This document shows, piece after piece, positions 18,500-29,147 of a stretch of 64,000 nt of DNA. Origin of the DNA: an uncultured Bacteroidia bacterium (GTDB taxonomy: Bacteria > Bacteroidota > Bacteroidia > Bacteroidales > UBA932). The stretch is from the NCBI GenBank assembly GCA_902779495.1, contig CACZBP010000003.1, forward strand, positions 1,228 to 65,227, in the 5' to 3' direction. Under the pieces are notes generated by a model that had not been told where the DNA came from, ran no database searches, and worked only from the letters and a program-made list of their open reading frames with translations. Made by a program: the position numbers and the translations under genes. Every line of letters starts with the position of its first letter. Positions within the stretch are counted from its first letter, which is position 1.

Positions 18500-19777
18500 A
18501 TGCAAAAAGAGATAGAGATTACCTCCGGCGGCAAGGTCATAAGCCGCGTGATTTTCGGTCAGGAACTGGCTTCTGTGGCCGAATACCTGAAAGGATATGA
18601 TGCCATCCATATGGTGTGCGACGGCAACGTCTCACCCTTCGCAATAGCTGTCGCCCAGGCAGTTACGGCCCTTGACGAGGGCGCCCGGGAGCAGCACTGC
18701 AACGAAGACGGGCACCATTGCTGCCACGAAGAAGGCGCAGAACACCACTGCCATCACGAGGAAGAAGCCGAACACCACTGCTGCCACGAGGAAGAAGCCG
18801 AACACCTTTGCCACCACGACGAAGGTGAGCACCATTGCTGCCACGGCGGCGGGGGCTGCCATCGCCGTAAGTTGCTGGGAGGCAGGATCAAGTCCATCAC
18901 CGGCATCCGCGCAGCCGAAGCGGAAAAGACGATGGACACCGTCACTGCCATATGCGGCAGGCTCCTGGAAGAAGGCGCCGACCGCAACAGCCTGGTGCTG
19001 GCCATCGGCGGCGGAATCACCACGGACCTCGCCGGTTTCGCAGCGAGCATATACAAACGCGGCGTGCGCTTCGCATATATCCCCACCACCCTCCTTGCCC
19101 AGGTCGATGCAGCAATAGGCGGAAAGACCGGCGTCAACTACGACGGCCTGAAGAATATGCTCGGCGTAATCCGCCAGCCTGAATTCACATATATCTGCCC
19201 CGAAGTGCTGGAGACCCTCCCCCGCCGGGAATTCCTGTGCGGCGCCGCCGAGATGCTCAAGTCCTTCATTATCAAGGACGAAGGCAACTACGCCAAGGCC
19301 GTCTCCCTCCTGACGGATATTAACAATATCGATCCCGACACCATCACTCCGGAAGAGGCGGCCAGGATGCACGGCACCCTTGGTGAGCTGATCTTCGAAG
19401 CCGCAGCAGTCAAGGCCGAGATAGTGGGCCGCGACCAGTTCGAGGCAGGCGAACGCCGCAACCTCAACCTCGGCCACACCTTCGCCCACGCCATCGAGAA
19501 GCTCTCCGGCGGCTCGATAGCCCACGGCGAAGCGGTCGCGATGGGCATCATCCAGGCCTCCCGCCTGGCAGAAAGCACCGACCTCACCTCGAAGCTCATC
19601 GCCGACTTCACGGCCTGCGGCCTCCCAACAGAATGCCCCTACACCCTCGAGCAGATGGCCCAGGTGATGTCAACCGACAAAAAAGCCGAAGGCGACATCA
19701 TCCATTTCATCGTCCCCGCCGCCATCGGCTCCGTAATACAACGAGACTTAAAACTTGGAAACATAACGCAAATATGA
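18500..19777 (+). CDS. aroB: 3-dehydroquinate synthase with a His/Cys-rich insertion
   Basis: GGGITTDLAGFAAS.YKRG, PTTLLAQVDAAIGGKTGVN, KNMLG, LNLGHTFAHAIE, HGEAVA.G. Confidence 0.93.
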   Translation: MQKEIEITSGGKVISRVIFGQELASVAEYLKGYDAIHMVCDGNVSPFAIAVAQAVTALDEGAREQHCNEDGHHCCHEEGAEHHCHHEEEAEHHCCHEEEAEHLCHHDEGEHHCCHGGGGCHRRKLLGGRIKSITGIRAAEAEKTMDTVTAICGRLLEEGADRNSLVLAIGGGITTDLAGFAASIYKRGVRFAYIPTTLLAQVDAAIGGKTGVNYDGLKNMLGVIRQPEFTYICPEVLETLPRREFLCGAAEMLKSFIIKDEGNYAKAVSLLTDINNIDPDTITPEEAARMHGTLGELIFEAAAVKAEIVGRDQFEAGERRNLNLGHTFAHAIEKLSGGSIAHGEAVAMGIIQASRLAESTDLTSKLIADFTACGLPTECPYTLEQMAQVMSTDKKAEGDIIHFIVPAAIGSVIQRDLKLGNITQI

Positions 19778-21729
19778 TTTGCACGACGATACAGAACCGC
19801 GACATTGACGGCATCTACGACATCCTGGACAATCCGGCGATCGAGATGGCCGAAATCCGCCTCGACAGCTGCGATCTCAGCCAGGACGAGATCGACGAGC
19901 TCTTCACCGACTCCGACACCCCTCTGGTGGCCACCTGCCGCATTTCCGAAGCAGTTCCCGCCAGCGTGGCCGAAGCCAAGCTGATAAAGGCCATCCAGGC
20001 CGGCGCCTCATATGTGGACCTCGAACTGGAAGCCCCCGCGATGATGAGCAAGCGCATCAGGCGCGAGGCCCGCGAATGCGGCACCACCCTCATCCGCTCC
20101 TTCCACGACTGGGAAGGCACCGACTCATCCACCGCCCTTGAAGCCATAGTGGAAAAATGCGAACACCTTGGCGCAGAGGTAATTAAGATAGTCACGACCG
20201 CAAAGTCCCAGAGCGACTGCGCAAGGGTTATGGCGCTCTACAACGACTTCGAACCCGCGCGCCTGATTGCATTCTGTATGGGCGAAGAAGGCCGCCAGAC
20301 GAGGATGGACTGCCTGCGCAAGGGAGCTCCGTTCACCTACGCCGCCCTCAGCCCGAAGGAAGCAGCCGCCCCTGGCCAGTGGACCTACTACGAAATGGCC
20401 GATGCCATATACGGCGACGCCCGGCTCTTCACCGGCAACACCCTCCGTATGCCCGCCTCGAAGAGCTTCGCCCAGAGGGCCATCATCGCGGCGGCCCTCG
20501 CAAGCGGCACCTCCACCCTGCGCGGCTACTCCCCCTGCGGCGACAACCAGGCTGCAATCAATGTAGCCAGGTCCCTCGGAGCCGACATATCCATAACCCG
20601 CAACAAACTGACAATCAAAGGCATAGGCGCCTCCATAGGCTGCCTTCCCCCCGGCACCCTCCACACCGGCGAATCGGGATTCCTCACCCGGTTGATGATT
20701 CCCCTGATGTCCCAGCTGGGCAACGGTCCTGTGCAGATAACCGGCGAAAAGACCCTGCTGCAAAGGCCCCTGAAGGGCTCCCCGGAGATAATGCGCAGCT
20801 TCGGAGTGAAGATTTCCGCCGATATGGTCCCCATCCGCGTGGACGGGCGTCTCATCCCCGGCGAAGTGGAAATATCCGGAGTCGACGGCTCCCAGATCAT
20901 ATCCGGCCTGCTCGCCGCCCTGCCCCTGTGCGACAAGGACACGACGCTCTATGTCAACAGCCCCAAGAGCATCCCCTATCTCTTTATGACTGTGGACGTT
21001 CTGAAAAAGTTCGGCATACGCATAGACAGCGAGATGGAAGGCGACGACGAGTTCATCGAGACCCACGACTGGGACCTGTGCGACAGGATAGTCTTCCGCA
21101 TCAAGGGCGGCCAGCACTACAAGGCCGCCGATATGGAAATCGAAGCCGACTGGAGCAGCGCCGCCAACTTCCTGGTGGCCGGAGCCATATTCGGAAAGGC
21201 CTCTCTCTCAGGGCTTGACACCTCCTCGCTGCAGGCGGACATCAGCATCCTGGATATCCTCACCGAGGCCGGAGCCAGCCTCTCAGAAGACGAAGACGGC
21301 GAAGCGATCCACGTGCAGAAAGCCCCGCTGATGAGCTTCGACGTGGATGCCGGCAACTGCCCCGACCTCTTCCCCATCCTGGCGGTTCTCGCCGCCTTCT
21401 GCCAGGGCACGACCCGCATCGCCGGAGTCGGCCGCCTGGCCAACAAGGAAAGCGACCGCGGCTCTGCGATAGCCGAGATGCTCCAGCAGATGGGCGTCCC
21501 CGCCTCCATCCGCGGCGACAAACTGATAATCCAGGGCCACTCCCTGACCCAGCGCCTGCTGGGCGGCACCCTCCTCCGTGGAGGCAAATACACCTCCTGG
21601 GGCGACCACCGTATGGTTATGGCCCTGAAGGTTGCCTCGCTGGGAGCCGACGGCCCCATTGAGATAGATGATGAAAAATGCGTGGAGAAATCCTTCCCCA
21701 CCTTCCTCAAGACTTTCGAAAAGCTATGA
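19774..21729 (+). CDS. aroA: bifunctional type I 3-dehydroquinate dehydratase / EPSP synthase (AroD-AroA fusion)
   Basis: N-terminal AroD motifs (EIRLD, ATCR, YVDLE, SFHD, KIV, AFCMG, APGQ). C-terminal AroA motifs (PASKSFAQRA, GESG, SQIISGLL, KESDR, DHRMVM, KSFP). Confidence 0.92.
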   Translation: MICTTIQNRDIDGIYDILDNPAIEMAEIRLDSCDLSQDEIDELFTDSDTPLVATCRISEAVPASVAEAKLIKAIQAGASYVDLELEAPAMMSKRIRREARECGTTLIRSFHDWEGTDSSTALEAIVEKCEHLGAEVIKIVTTAKSQSDCARVMALYNDFEPARLIAFCMGEEGRQTRMDCLRKGAPFTYAALSPKEAAAPGQWTYYEMADAIYGDARLFTGNTLRMPASKSFAQRAIIAAALASGTSTLRGYSPCGDNQAAINVARSLGADISITRNKLTIKGIGASIGCLPPGTLHTGESGFLTRLMIPLMSQLGNGPVQITGEKTLLQRPLKGSPEIMRSFGVKISADMVPIRVDGRLIPGEVEISGVDGSQIISGLLAALPLCDKDTTLYVNSPKSIPYLFMTVDVLKKFGIRIDSEMEGDDEFIETHDWDLCDRIVFRIKGGQHYKAADMEIEADWSSAANFLVAGAIFGKASLSGLDTSSLQADISILDILTEAGASLSEDEDGEAIHVQKAPLMSFDVDAGNCPDLFPILAVLAAFCQGTTRIAGVGRLANKESDRGSAIAEMLQQMGVPASIRGDKLIIQGHSLTQRLLGGTLLRGGKYTSWGDHRMVMALKVASLGADGPIEIDDEKCVEKSFPTFLKTFEKL

Positions 21730-22802
21730 ATACGTTCGGACGCAAATTCAGGGTTTCCATATTCGGGGAATCCCACGGTGAGGCCATAGGCGTGGTGCTG
21801 GACGGCGTCCAGCCCGGCATTCCCCTCAGCGAAGAAGATTTCGCAGGGGACATATCCCGCCGCAAAAGCGGTCCCAAGGGGACTACCCCCCGCACTGAAG
21901 ACGACGCCCCCGAAATCCTCAGCGGAGTCTACAACGGCTTCACCACAGGTGCGCCGCTGAGCATTATCTTCCGCAACCGCAACACCCGCTCGGGCGACTA
22001 CAAGCTCTTCGGCGATATGCCCCGCCCCGGCCACGCAGACTACACCGCCAGCATCAAATGGCTCGACTTCAACGACCCGCGCGGCGGCGGCCACTTCTCC
22101 GGAAGACTCACCCTGCCGATAGTGGCGGCAGGCGTAGTGGCCAAGAAAATGATTGGCTACAAGGTCAGTGCGGAGCTGGTCGAAGTGGGCGGAGTGTCCC
22201 GCGAAGACGCCCTCGCATCATACCGCGAAGAGGCCCTGCCCGACGGAGGCATAGAGGAAAAGGACACCCCGGGAGCTTCTGAGATATGGAAGGACGTCCT
22301 GGACGAAGCCATCCGTGAGAAAGACTCCGTGGGCGGAATCGTCGAATGCCGCGTCACCAATGTGCCGGCCGGCCTTGGCGAGCCGTTCTTCGACTCGGTG
22401 GAGTCCCTCATATCCCACGCCATATTCGCCATCCCGGGCGTCCGCGGCATCGAGTTCGGCGACGGCTTCAGGGCAGCGGCGATGAAGGGCTCCGAGCACA
22501 ACGACCCCTTCGACACGGCCGACAGCAGCGGGCTCAAGCTCCACATCAACGTCCATCCCTCCAAGAACGGAGCCGGCGGAGTGAACGGCGGCATAACCAA
22601 CGGCAATCCCATTGTGTTCCGCACCGCCTTCAAGCCCACTTCCAGCATAGGCAAGGCCCAGGAGACATTCAATTTCGCGACCGGTGAGATATGCACCCTG
22701 CAGATCCCCGGGCGTCACGACGCGTGCATAGCCCTTCGCACCCCCGTCATCGTGGAAGCGATGACTGCGATAGTGCTTGCCGACCTGACAAGAATGCTGT
22801 AA
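21726..22802 (+). CDS. aroC: chorismate synthase
   Basis: [43 protein letters not shown]. Confidence 0.96.
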   Translation: MNTFGRKFRVSIFGESHGEAIGVVLDGVQPGIPLSEEDFAGDISRRKSGPKGTTPRTEDDAPEILSGVYNGFTTGAPLSIIFRNRNTRSGDYKLFGDMPRPGHADYTASIKWLDFNDPRGGGHFSGRLTLPIVAAGVVAKKMIGYKVSAELVEVGGVSREDALASYREEALPDGGIEEKDTPGASEIWKDVLDEAIREKDSVGGIVECRVTNVPAGLGEPFFDSVESLISHAIFAIPGVRGIEFGDGFRAAAMKGSEHNDPFDTADSSGLKLHINVHPSKNGAGGVNGGITNGNPIVFRTAFKPTSSIGKAQETFNFATGEICTLQIPGRHDACIALRTPVIVEAMTAIVLADLTRML

Positions 22803-22803
22803 T

Positions 22804-24237
22804 ATGGACAAATCGATAGAGCAGTTCACTTCGGGAGAATACAAGGAAGGATTCGTGACGAAGGTCGAGCAGGAATTCGTCCCGAAGGGGCTCAGCGAAG
22901 ACATAATCCGCACCATTTCGGCCCTCAAGGGAGAGCCGCAGTGGCTCCTTGACTTCCGCCTCGACGCTTTCAGGCGCTGGCTGGCTATGACCCCTCCGAC
23001 CTGGGGCCATCTGGATATGCCTTCGATTGATTTTCAGGACATTATCTACTACGCCGCCCCCAAGAAGAACGCCGACAGGCCAAAGGAGATAGACCCCGAA
23101 CTGGAGAAGACATTCGAGAAACTGGGCATTCCCCTTCGCGAGCGCAAGGCCCTCGCAGGAGTGGTGGCGGTGGACGCCGTCTTCGACTCAGTCTCGGTGG
23201 CGACGACCTTCCGCAAGACCCTCGCAGAAAAAGGCATCATATTCTGCTCCTTCTCCGAAGCCGTCCGCGAACACGGCGACCTGGTGCGGAAGTACCTCGC
23301 CTCGGTCGTTCCCGCCGGCGACAATTATTACGCCGCCCTCAACTCGGCTGTCTTCAGCGACGGCTCCTTCTGCTACATCCCCAAAGGGGTGAAATGCCCT
23401 ATGGACCTGTCGAGCTATTTCCGCATAAACGCCTCAGGCACAGGGCAGTTCGAGAGGACGCTGATAGTGGCGGACGAAGGCTCGTCGGTAAGTTATATGG
23501 AAGGCTGCACCGCCCCTATGAGGGACGAGAACCAGCTCCACGCGGCAGTGGTGGAAATCATAGTGGAGAAGGACGCCGACGTGAAATACAGCACCGTCCA
23601 GAACTGGTATCCCGGCGATGCCCAGGGCCGCGGCGGCATACTTAACCTCGTGACCAAGAGGGGAATATGCAAGGGCAGCGGAGCGCATCTGAGCTGGACC
23701 CAGGTGGAGACGGGCTCCGCCATAACCTGGAAATATCCCTCGACCATCCTTCGCGGCGACAACTCCTCGTCGGAGTTCTACTCGGTGGCCGTCACCAACA
23801 ATTTCCAGCAGGCGGACACCGGCACGAAGATGATACATATCGGAGCCGGGACGCGCAGCCGCATAGTGAGCAAAGGCATATCCGCCGGCCACAGCCAGAA
23901 CAGCTACCGAGGCCTGGTGCGGATGATGAGAGGAGCGGAAGGCGCCCGCAACTTCTCGCAGTGCGACAGCCTCCTGATAGGCTCCTCCTGCGGAGCCCAC
24001 ACCTTCCCGGTCATAAAGAGCGAGAACCCCACGGCCACGGTGGAGCACGAAGCCACCACCTCGAAGATCTCCGAGGACCAGCTGTTCTACTGCAACCAGC
24101 GTGGGATCAGCCCGGAAGACGCTGTGGGACTGATAGTTAACGGATATGCAAAAGAAGTCCTGTCACGCCTGCCGATGGAGTTCGCGGTGGAGGCGCAGAA
24201 GCTTTTGCAGGTGTCACTTGAAGGATCTGTAGGATGA
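22804..24237 (+). CDS. sufB: Fe-S cluster assembly protein SufB
   Basis: [51 protein letters not shown]. Confidence 0.97.
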   Translation: MDKSIEQFTSGEYKEGFVTKVEQEFVPKGLSEDIIRTISALKGEPQWLLDFRLDAFRRWLAMTPPTWGHLDMPSIDFQDIIYYAAPKKNADRPKEIDPELEKTFEKLGIPLRERKALAGVVAVDAVFDSVSVATTFRKTLAEKGIIFCSFSEAVREHGDLVRKYLASVVPAGDNYYAALNSAVFSDGSFCYIPKGVKCPMDLSSYFRINASGTGQFERTLIVADEGSSVSYMEGCTAPMRDENQLHAAVVEIIVEKDADVKYSTVQNWYPGDAQGRGGILNLVTKRGICKGSGAHLSWTQVETGSAITWKYPSTILRGDNSSSEFYSVAVTNNFQQADTGTKMIHIGAGTRSRIVSKGISAGHSQNSYRGLVRMMRGAEGARNFSQCDSLLIGSSCGAHTFPVIKSENPTATVEHEATTSKISEDQLFYCNQRGISPEDAVGLIVNGYAKEVLSRLPMEFAVEAQKLLQVSLEGSVG

Positions 24238-24869
24238 TGGAATGGATCAACACAGCGCTGTTCACCCTCGGCGGTGACAGGCCGGTCCTGGTGATCGACC
24301 TCGTCACTTCGCTGCTTGGCCTGACCTGCGTATTCCTGGCGGGACGCAATTCCAAATATAACTTCTGGGTGGGGTATCTTTATACCGCCGCCCTGTTCTT
24401 GATGTTCTGGAACAAGAACCTCTATGCCAGCCTGCTCCTGCAGCCGGTCTCCCTGGCCATCAATGTCCTGGGGCACTGGCGGTGGACACATCCGCGCTCG
24501 GGCGAGGAAAGCGCCGCCGACGAGAAAGCCCTGAAAGTCAGTATGCTCAGCTGGCCGGAAAGGCTGCTCTGCATCCTGTCGGTGTTCCTCATCGCCGGGC
24601 TCTGGGGATGGACCATGGACTCGCTCTTCCCGGCAGACCCTCACCCCTACCTGGACTCCTGCGTGACCGTGCTGATCCTCCTGGCCCAGCTGCTTTCCGC
24701 AATGAAGAAGTGGGACTGCTGGATAGCCTGGCTGGTTGTGAATATAGCCCAGATAATCCTACATCTATCTGTGGGACACATATTTATGCCTATCGTCTGC
24801 GCCCTTTACCTCGGCAACGGACTGTGGTCGCTGGTGAGCTGGGCGAAACTGTATAAAAAGAAAATATGA
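24234..24869 (+). CDS. pnuC: PnuC-family vitamin/nucleoside transporter
   Basis: Multi-TM protein; PYLDS..T.L...AQ.L...K..DCW..W..VN motif. Substrate not determinable from sequence. Confidence 0.82.
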   Translation: MMEWINTALFTLGGDRPVLVIDLVTSLLGLTCVFLAGRNSKYNFWVGYLYTAALFLMFWNKNLYASLLLQPVSLAINVLGHWRWTHPRSGEESAADEKALKVSMLSWPERLLCILSVFLIAGLWGWTMDSLFPADPHPYLDSCVTVLILLAQLLSAMKKWDCWIAWLVVNIAQIILHLSVGHIFMPIVCALYLGNGLWSLVSWAKLYKKKI

Positions 24870-25612
24870 GTAGAGAGTTACTGAAAATATCCGGCCTTCA
24901 CGCCGCAGTCGAAGGGAAAGAGATCCTCCACGGAATCGACCTCGAAATTAAGCCCGGCGAAATCCACGCCGTGATGGGGCCGAACGGTGCTGGCAAGAGC
25001 ACCCTGTCTGCCGTGCTGGCGGGAAAGCCGCAATACACCGTGACCGAGGGGAGCATAGAGTTCCTGGGACGTGACCTTCTGGCGATGTCGCCAGAGCAAA
25101 GGTCCTGGGCCGGCATATTCCTGTCGTTCCAGTATCCCATAGAGATTCCCGGGGTGAGCATCACTTCGTTTATGAAGACAGCCATCAACTCCAAGCGCGC
25201 AGCCGAAGGCCTCGAGCCTCTGAAAGGTGCTGATTTTCTGAAGCTTATGCGCGAGAAGATGGCCTTTGTCAAGATGAAACCGGAGTTCGCAAAGAGGGAG
25301 GTCAACGTGGGATTCTCCGGAGGCGAGAAGAAGCGTAACGAGATATTCCAGATGGCTATGCTCGACCCGGTGCTGTCCATCCTGGACGAGACCGACAGCG
25401 GCCTGGACGTGGACGCCCTCAAGATAGTGGCGGAAGGGGTGAACGCCCTTCGTTCGCCTTCCAAGTCGGCCATCATAATCACCCACTACCAGAAGCTCCT
25501 GGACTACGTGGAGCCCGACGTGGTGCACGTTCTCAAGGCCGGCAAGATAGTTCGCACCGGCGGCCGCGAGATAGTGGATATAATTGAGACACAAGGATTT
25601 GACAGCTTCTAA
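24866..25612 (+). CDS. sufC: Fe-S cluster assembly ATPase SufC
   Basis: GPNGAGKST, FQYPIEIPGV, GFSGGEKKRNE, LDETDSGLDVDAL. Confidence 0.97.
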   Translation: MSRELLKISGLHAAVEGKEILHGIDLEIKPGEIHAVMGPNGAGKSTLSAVLAGKPQYTVTEGSIEFLGRDLLAMSPEQRSWAGIFLSFQYPIEIPGVSITSFMKTAINSKRAAEGLEPLKGADFLKLMREKMAFVKMKPEFAKREVNVGFSGGEKKRNEIFQMAMLDPVLSILDETDSGLDVDALKIVAEGVNALRSPSKSAIIITHYQKLLDYVEPDVVHVLKAGKIVRTGGREIVDIIETQGFDSF

Positions 25613-25615
25613 AGT

Positions 25616-26290
25616 ATGCCCGGACACTATATAGACGTCCCCGTAAGCGGCACTGCCGTGACTGACTCCCTGCGCAAGGTCTTCATCCTCAGGCCGGGAG
25701 ACAGCGCCCAGGACATATCCATCGAGGCCAGGGCCGGATCGGTAACCGACATCACCCTGGTCATCCTCCCCGGTGTGTCTGCAGATCTTACTGTGAATGT
25801 GGACTTTACCGGCGAAGGAGCTTCCCTGCGCCTGGCCGGGCTGTATGTGTGCGGCTCGTCCGAGAAAGTGTCGGTGCGCACTGTGGTCCGGCACCGCGTC
25901 CCCTTCTGCACTTCCGACCAGATATTCACGGGCATAGCCGGCGGAACCTCCAGGGTGTCTTTCAACGGCACCATCATCGTTGCCCCCGGCGCCCAGAAGA
26001 CCGAGGCCTACCAGCAGAGCCGCAATATCCTCCTTAGCCGCGATGCCAAAGTGAGCACCGAGCCCCAGCTGGAGATATATGCCGACGACGTGAAGTGCTC
26101 CCACGGAGCCACAGCCGGCAGCCTGAGCGAAGACGAGCTGTTTTATATGCGCTCGCGCGGCATCCCCGAAAGCGAGGCTAAAGTCCTGCAGCTCATATCG
26201 TTCCTTTCTCCCGTCCTGGCTTCCCTGCCCGACCCCGACGCCGTGGCATCCGAGCTGGAAGCCGCCATAAGAAGCATAGTTCAGCGATGA
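25616..26290 (+). CDS. sufD: SufD-family protein (short)
   Basis: F.G.I.V..GAQKTEAYQ, PQLEIYADDVKCSHGAT, LFYMRSRGI; only 224 aa. Confidence 0.88.
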   Translation: MPGHYIDVPVSGTAVTDSLRKVFILRPGDSAQDISIEARAGSVTDITLVILPGVSADLTVNVDFTGEGASLRLAGLYVCGSSEKVSVRTVVRHRVPFCTSDQIFTGIAGGTSRVSFNGTIIVAPGAQKTEAYQQSRNILLSRDAKVSTEPQLEIYADDVKCSHGATAGSLSEDELFYMRSRGIPESEAKVLQLISFLSPVLASLPDPDAVASELEAAIRSIVQR

Positions 26291-27141
26291 TAACCTATCC
26301 GAACGTAAAGATCAATCTCGGACTGAGCGTCCTTCGCAGACGCCCTGACGGCTATCACGACCTCGAGACCCTTTTCCTCCCGTATTTCGGACTGCACGAC
26401 ACGCTCGAGATAATCCCCGGCGATGGCTGGAGCGAGACTTCCGCCTCGCTTTTCGCCCGCTACGGTAGCGCCGCCCAGGCGATTTCCCCGGACGGCAAGG
26501 TGATGATTACCATTGCCCGAAAGGAAGGCGTGGACTGGGATCCGCTTAAAGACCTCACTGTCAAGGCCTATTATGCCCTTGCCTCCGACTACTGCCTGCC
26601 TCCCGTGAAGATATTCCTCGAGAAGGGCTCCCCTGTGGGCGCCGGCCTTGGCGGCGGCTCTGCCGATGCCGCCTTTGCGCTTGGGATGCTTTCCGAAATA
26701 GCCGGTCTGGGCCTTGGCGAGGAGCAGCTCGCCTCGTATGCCGCCAGCCTTGGCAGCGACTGCGCCTTCTTCGTCCACAACCGCCCGATGATAGGCCGCG
26801 GACGGGGAGAAATCCTCACCCCGTGGAATCTGGACCTCGAAGGCTATGAGCTGCGCGTGGTAGTTCCCGAGGGAATTGCGGTCTCAACGGCCGAGGCCTA
26901 CAGGGGTGTCCGTCCCCGGTTTGCCGATGGCGCTTCCGCATCAGAGATGCTTCCTCTGGAGCAGGTGCTCCAGAAGCCCATAGAGCAGTGGAAAGACTTG
27001 CTGGTCAACGACTTCGAGCCCAGCGTCTTCGCCGCTCATCCCGCTCTGGAGGCCATCAAGCGCCAGCTCTATGACGAAGGCGCCGTCTATGCCGCGATGT
27101 CCGGCAGCGGCTCAGCAATGTTCGCATTATTTCGAAAATGA
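26287..27141 (+). CDS. ispE: 4-diphosphocytidyl-2-C-methyl-D-erythritol kinase
   Basis: KINLGL.V..RRPDGYHDLET, GAGLGGGSADAA, LGSDCAFF, MSGSGS. Confidence 0.95.
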   Translation: MITYPNVKINLGLSVLRRRPDGYHDLETLFLPYFGLHDTLEIIPGDGWSETSASLFARYGSAAQAISPDGKVMITIARKEGVDWDPLKDLTVKAYYALASDYCLPPVKIFLEKGSPVGAGLGGGSADAAFALGMLSEIAGLGLGEEQLASYAASLGSDCAFFVHNRPMIGRGRGEILTPWNLDLEGYELRVVVPEGIAVSTAEAYRGVRPRFADGASASEMLPLEQVLQKPIEQWKDLLVNDFEPSVFAAHPALEAIKRQLYDEGAVYAAMSGSGSAMFALFRK

Positions 27142-27563
27142 AAAAGGAAATTCTAATTCGGGACCTTCAGGACCTGGACAGGGCAGCCAGGGAGTTCCTC
27201 CAGGCAATAGGCGACAACAACCTCGTCGCCTTCTACGCCCCTATGGGTGCGGGCAAGACGACCTTTACCACCGCGATTTGCAAGGCGCTGGGAGTGCGCG
27301 AGGATGCCGTCAGTTCCCCGACCTTCGCCATAGTGAACGAATACCGCTCCGGCACCGGCGAGCCCATCTATCACTTTGATTTCTACCGCATTACCAAGCT
27401 AGAAGAAGCCCTCGACATTGGCCTCTACGACTACCTTGACAGCGGCGCCCTCTGCCTGATGGAATGGCCAGAGAACATCGAGGACCTCCTCCCGGAAGAG
27501 ACCCTCCGCGTGTCCATCACCCCCCGCCCCGACGGCTCCCGCCTCCTGGGCTGGGAGGCCTAG
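27138..27563 (+). CDS. tsaE: tRNA t6A biosynthesis ATPase
   Basis: MGAGKTT, VSSPTFAIVNEY, YHFDFYR, EWPE. Confidence 0.95.
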   Translation: MKKEILIRDLQDLDRAAREFLQAIGDNNLVAFYAPMGAGKTTFTTAICKALGVREDAVSSPTFAIVNEYRSGTGEPIYHFDFYRITKLEEALDIGLYDYLDSGALCLMEWPENIEDLLPEETLRVSITPRPDGSRLLGWEA

Positions 27564-27570
27564 ACCGACA

Positions 27571-29145
27571 CTATTTTCCTAATTCGAGGACGTCGCGGCG
27601 GTCGAGGAAGCGGTAGCCGGCGGCTTCGAGAAGATGATGTGGACGGATAGGGGAAGGGGTTGTGGCCGCACTGGCGACGGTTTCGAGGTCAGCGATAGTC
27701 CTGGCGAGCTTGACGACACGGGAGAAGGCGCGGGCCGAAAGGCCGAGACGGTTGATGATATTCTCCAGGGTGTCCTTGCACGGGTCGTCGAGATGGCAGA
27801 ATCTGGTCATCTGCTTGGAGGACATCTCCGCATTGGTGCTGATCTGCTCGAAGGCAAAGCGGTCCGCCTGGATTTCACGCGCCGCCAGCACCCGGGCCGC
27901 AACCTGCGCCGACGACTCCCCCTTCGGTCTGTCCACCAGCTTCCTGGCATCGACCGAATGCATCCACAGCTGTATGTCTATCCTGTCCATAATCGGGCCG
28001 GACAGGCGGGAGAGGTAGGCATTCCGCTGGCCTACGGTGCAGGTGCAGCGGTCCCCTTCGCCGTAGTAGCCGCAGGGGCAGGGATTGGTCGCCGCCACAA
28101 GCATAAAGGAGCAGGGATATTCCACCCGGCTGCGGAGGCGGGATATGGACACCTTCCTGTCTTCGAGCGGCCCCCGGAGGGCCTCGGAGACCGATTTCGG
28201 CACCTGGGCGAATTCGTCCATAAAGAGGACTCCGTTCTGGGCAAGCGACACTTCGCCGGGAAGGATATTGTCCCCGTTGCCCCCGCCCACTATGGCGGGC
28301 AGGGATGCGCTGTAATGCGGCGAACGGAACGGCCGCGGACACGAAGGTCCATAGCGGAACCCGCCCTTGCCCGCCACCGAATATATCTTGCTGGTGAGAA
28401 GGGCCTCCTGGGGAGTCATCGGCGGCAGGATTCCGGCCAGCGCTTTCGCCAGCGAGCTCTTCCCGCTGCCTGGAGAACCGATCATAATCACGTTGTGTCC
28501 ACCTGCGGCCGCAATCTCAAGGCCGCGCTTGGCGGCGTCCTGGCCTATTATCTCCGAAAAGTCCATATAATCAATGGCCTGCCTTTCCTCCTTAATCTCA
28601 GACCGGTAGTTAGCGGCTTCGTATGAGGCTGCCGTCACGGCTCCGGAGAGGATCTCCAGCACCTGAGGAAGGGTGGAGACGCCATATACCTTCGTCCCAG
28701 TGTAGTTTATGGCTTCCAGCGCCGAGGATTTCGGGAAAATGCACCCTTCAAGGCCCCGCCTTGCCGCAAGTTCCGCCAGGGGAATCGCTCCCGGGACATA
28801 GCGCAACGAGGCATCGAGGCCCAACTCGCCCATTATCAGATACTTATCAAGCAGCGGCAGCTCACACTGCCCCGAGGCGGCAATCACCCCGAGGGCAATG
28901 GGCAGGTCATAGCCGCTGCCGCTCTTGTGCATATCGGCAGGCGCCAGGTTTATGACCGTACGCTTCCCCGGCAGCCTCATCCCGATGGACTGCAGCGCGG
29001 TGACAATGCGCAGGAGACTTTCCCTCACCGCCGTATCACCCAGACCCACGAGGTGGATCCCTATTCCGTTACTGATGTCGACCTCAACGGTCACGGGCAC
29101 TGCATCTATCCCTATGCATTTGCCCCCGAAAATATTGATTAGCAT
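27571..29145 (-). CDS. comM: YifB/ComM Mg-chelatase-like AAA+ ATPase
   Basis: INLAPAD..K.GS.YDLPIA, GSPGSGKS, PFRSPH, PGEVSLA.NGVLFMDE, NPCPCGY, DRIDI, ARTIADL. Confidence 0.92.
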   Translation of the reverse strand: MLINIFGGKCIGIDAVPVTVEVDISNGIGIHLVGLGDTAVRESLLRIVTALQSIGMRLPGKRTVINLAPADMHKSGSGYDLPIALGVIAASGQCELPLLDKYLIMGELGLDASLRYVPGAIPLAELAARRGLEGCIFPKSSALEAINYTGTKVYGVSTLPQVLEILSGAVTAASYEAANYRSEIKEERQAIDYMDFSEIIGQDAAKRGLEIAAAGGHNVIMIGSPGSGKSSLAKALAGILPPMTPQEALLTSKIYSVAGKGGFRYGPSCPRPFRSPHYSASLPAIVGGGNGDNILPGEVSLAQNGVLFMDEFAQVPKSVSEALRGPLEDRKVSISRLRSRVEYPCSFMLVAATNPCPCGYYGEGDRCTCTVGQRNAYLSRLSGPIMDRIDIQLWMHSVDARKLVDRPKGESSAQVAARVLAAREIQADRFAFEQISTNAEMSSKQMTRFCHLDDPCKDTLENIINRLGLSARAFSRVVKLARTIADLETVASAATTPSPIRPHHLLEAAGYRFLDRRDVLELGK

Positions 29146-29147
29146 AT

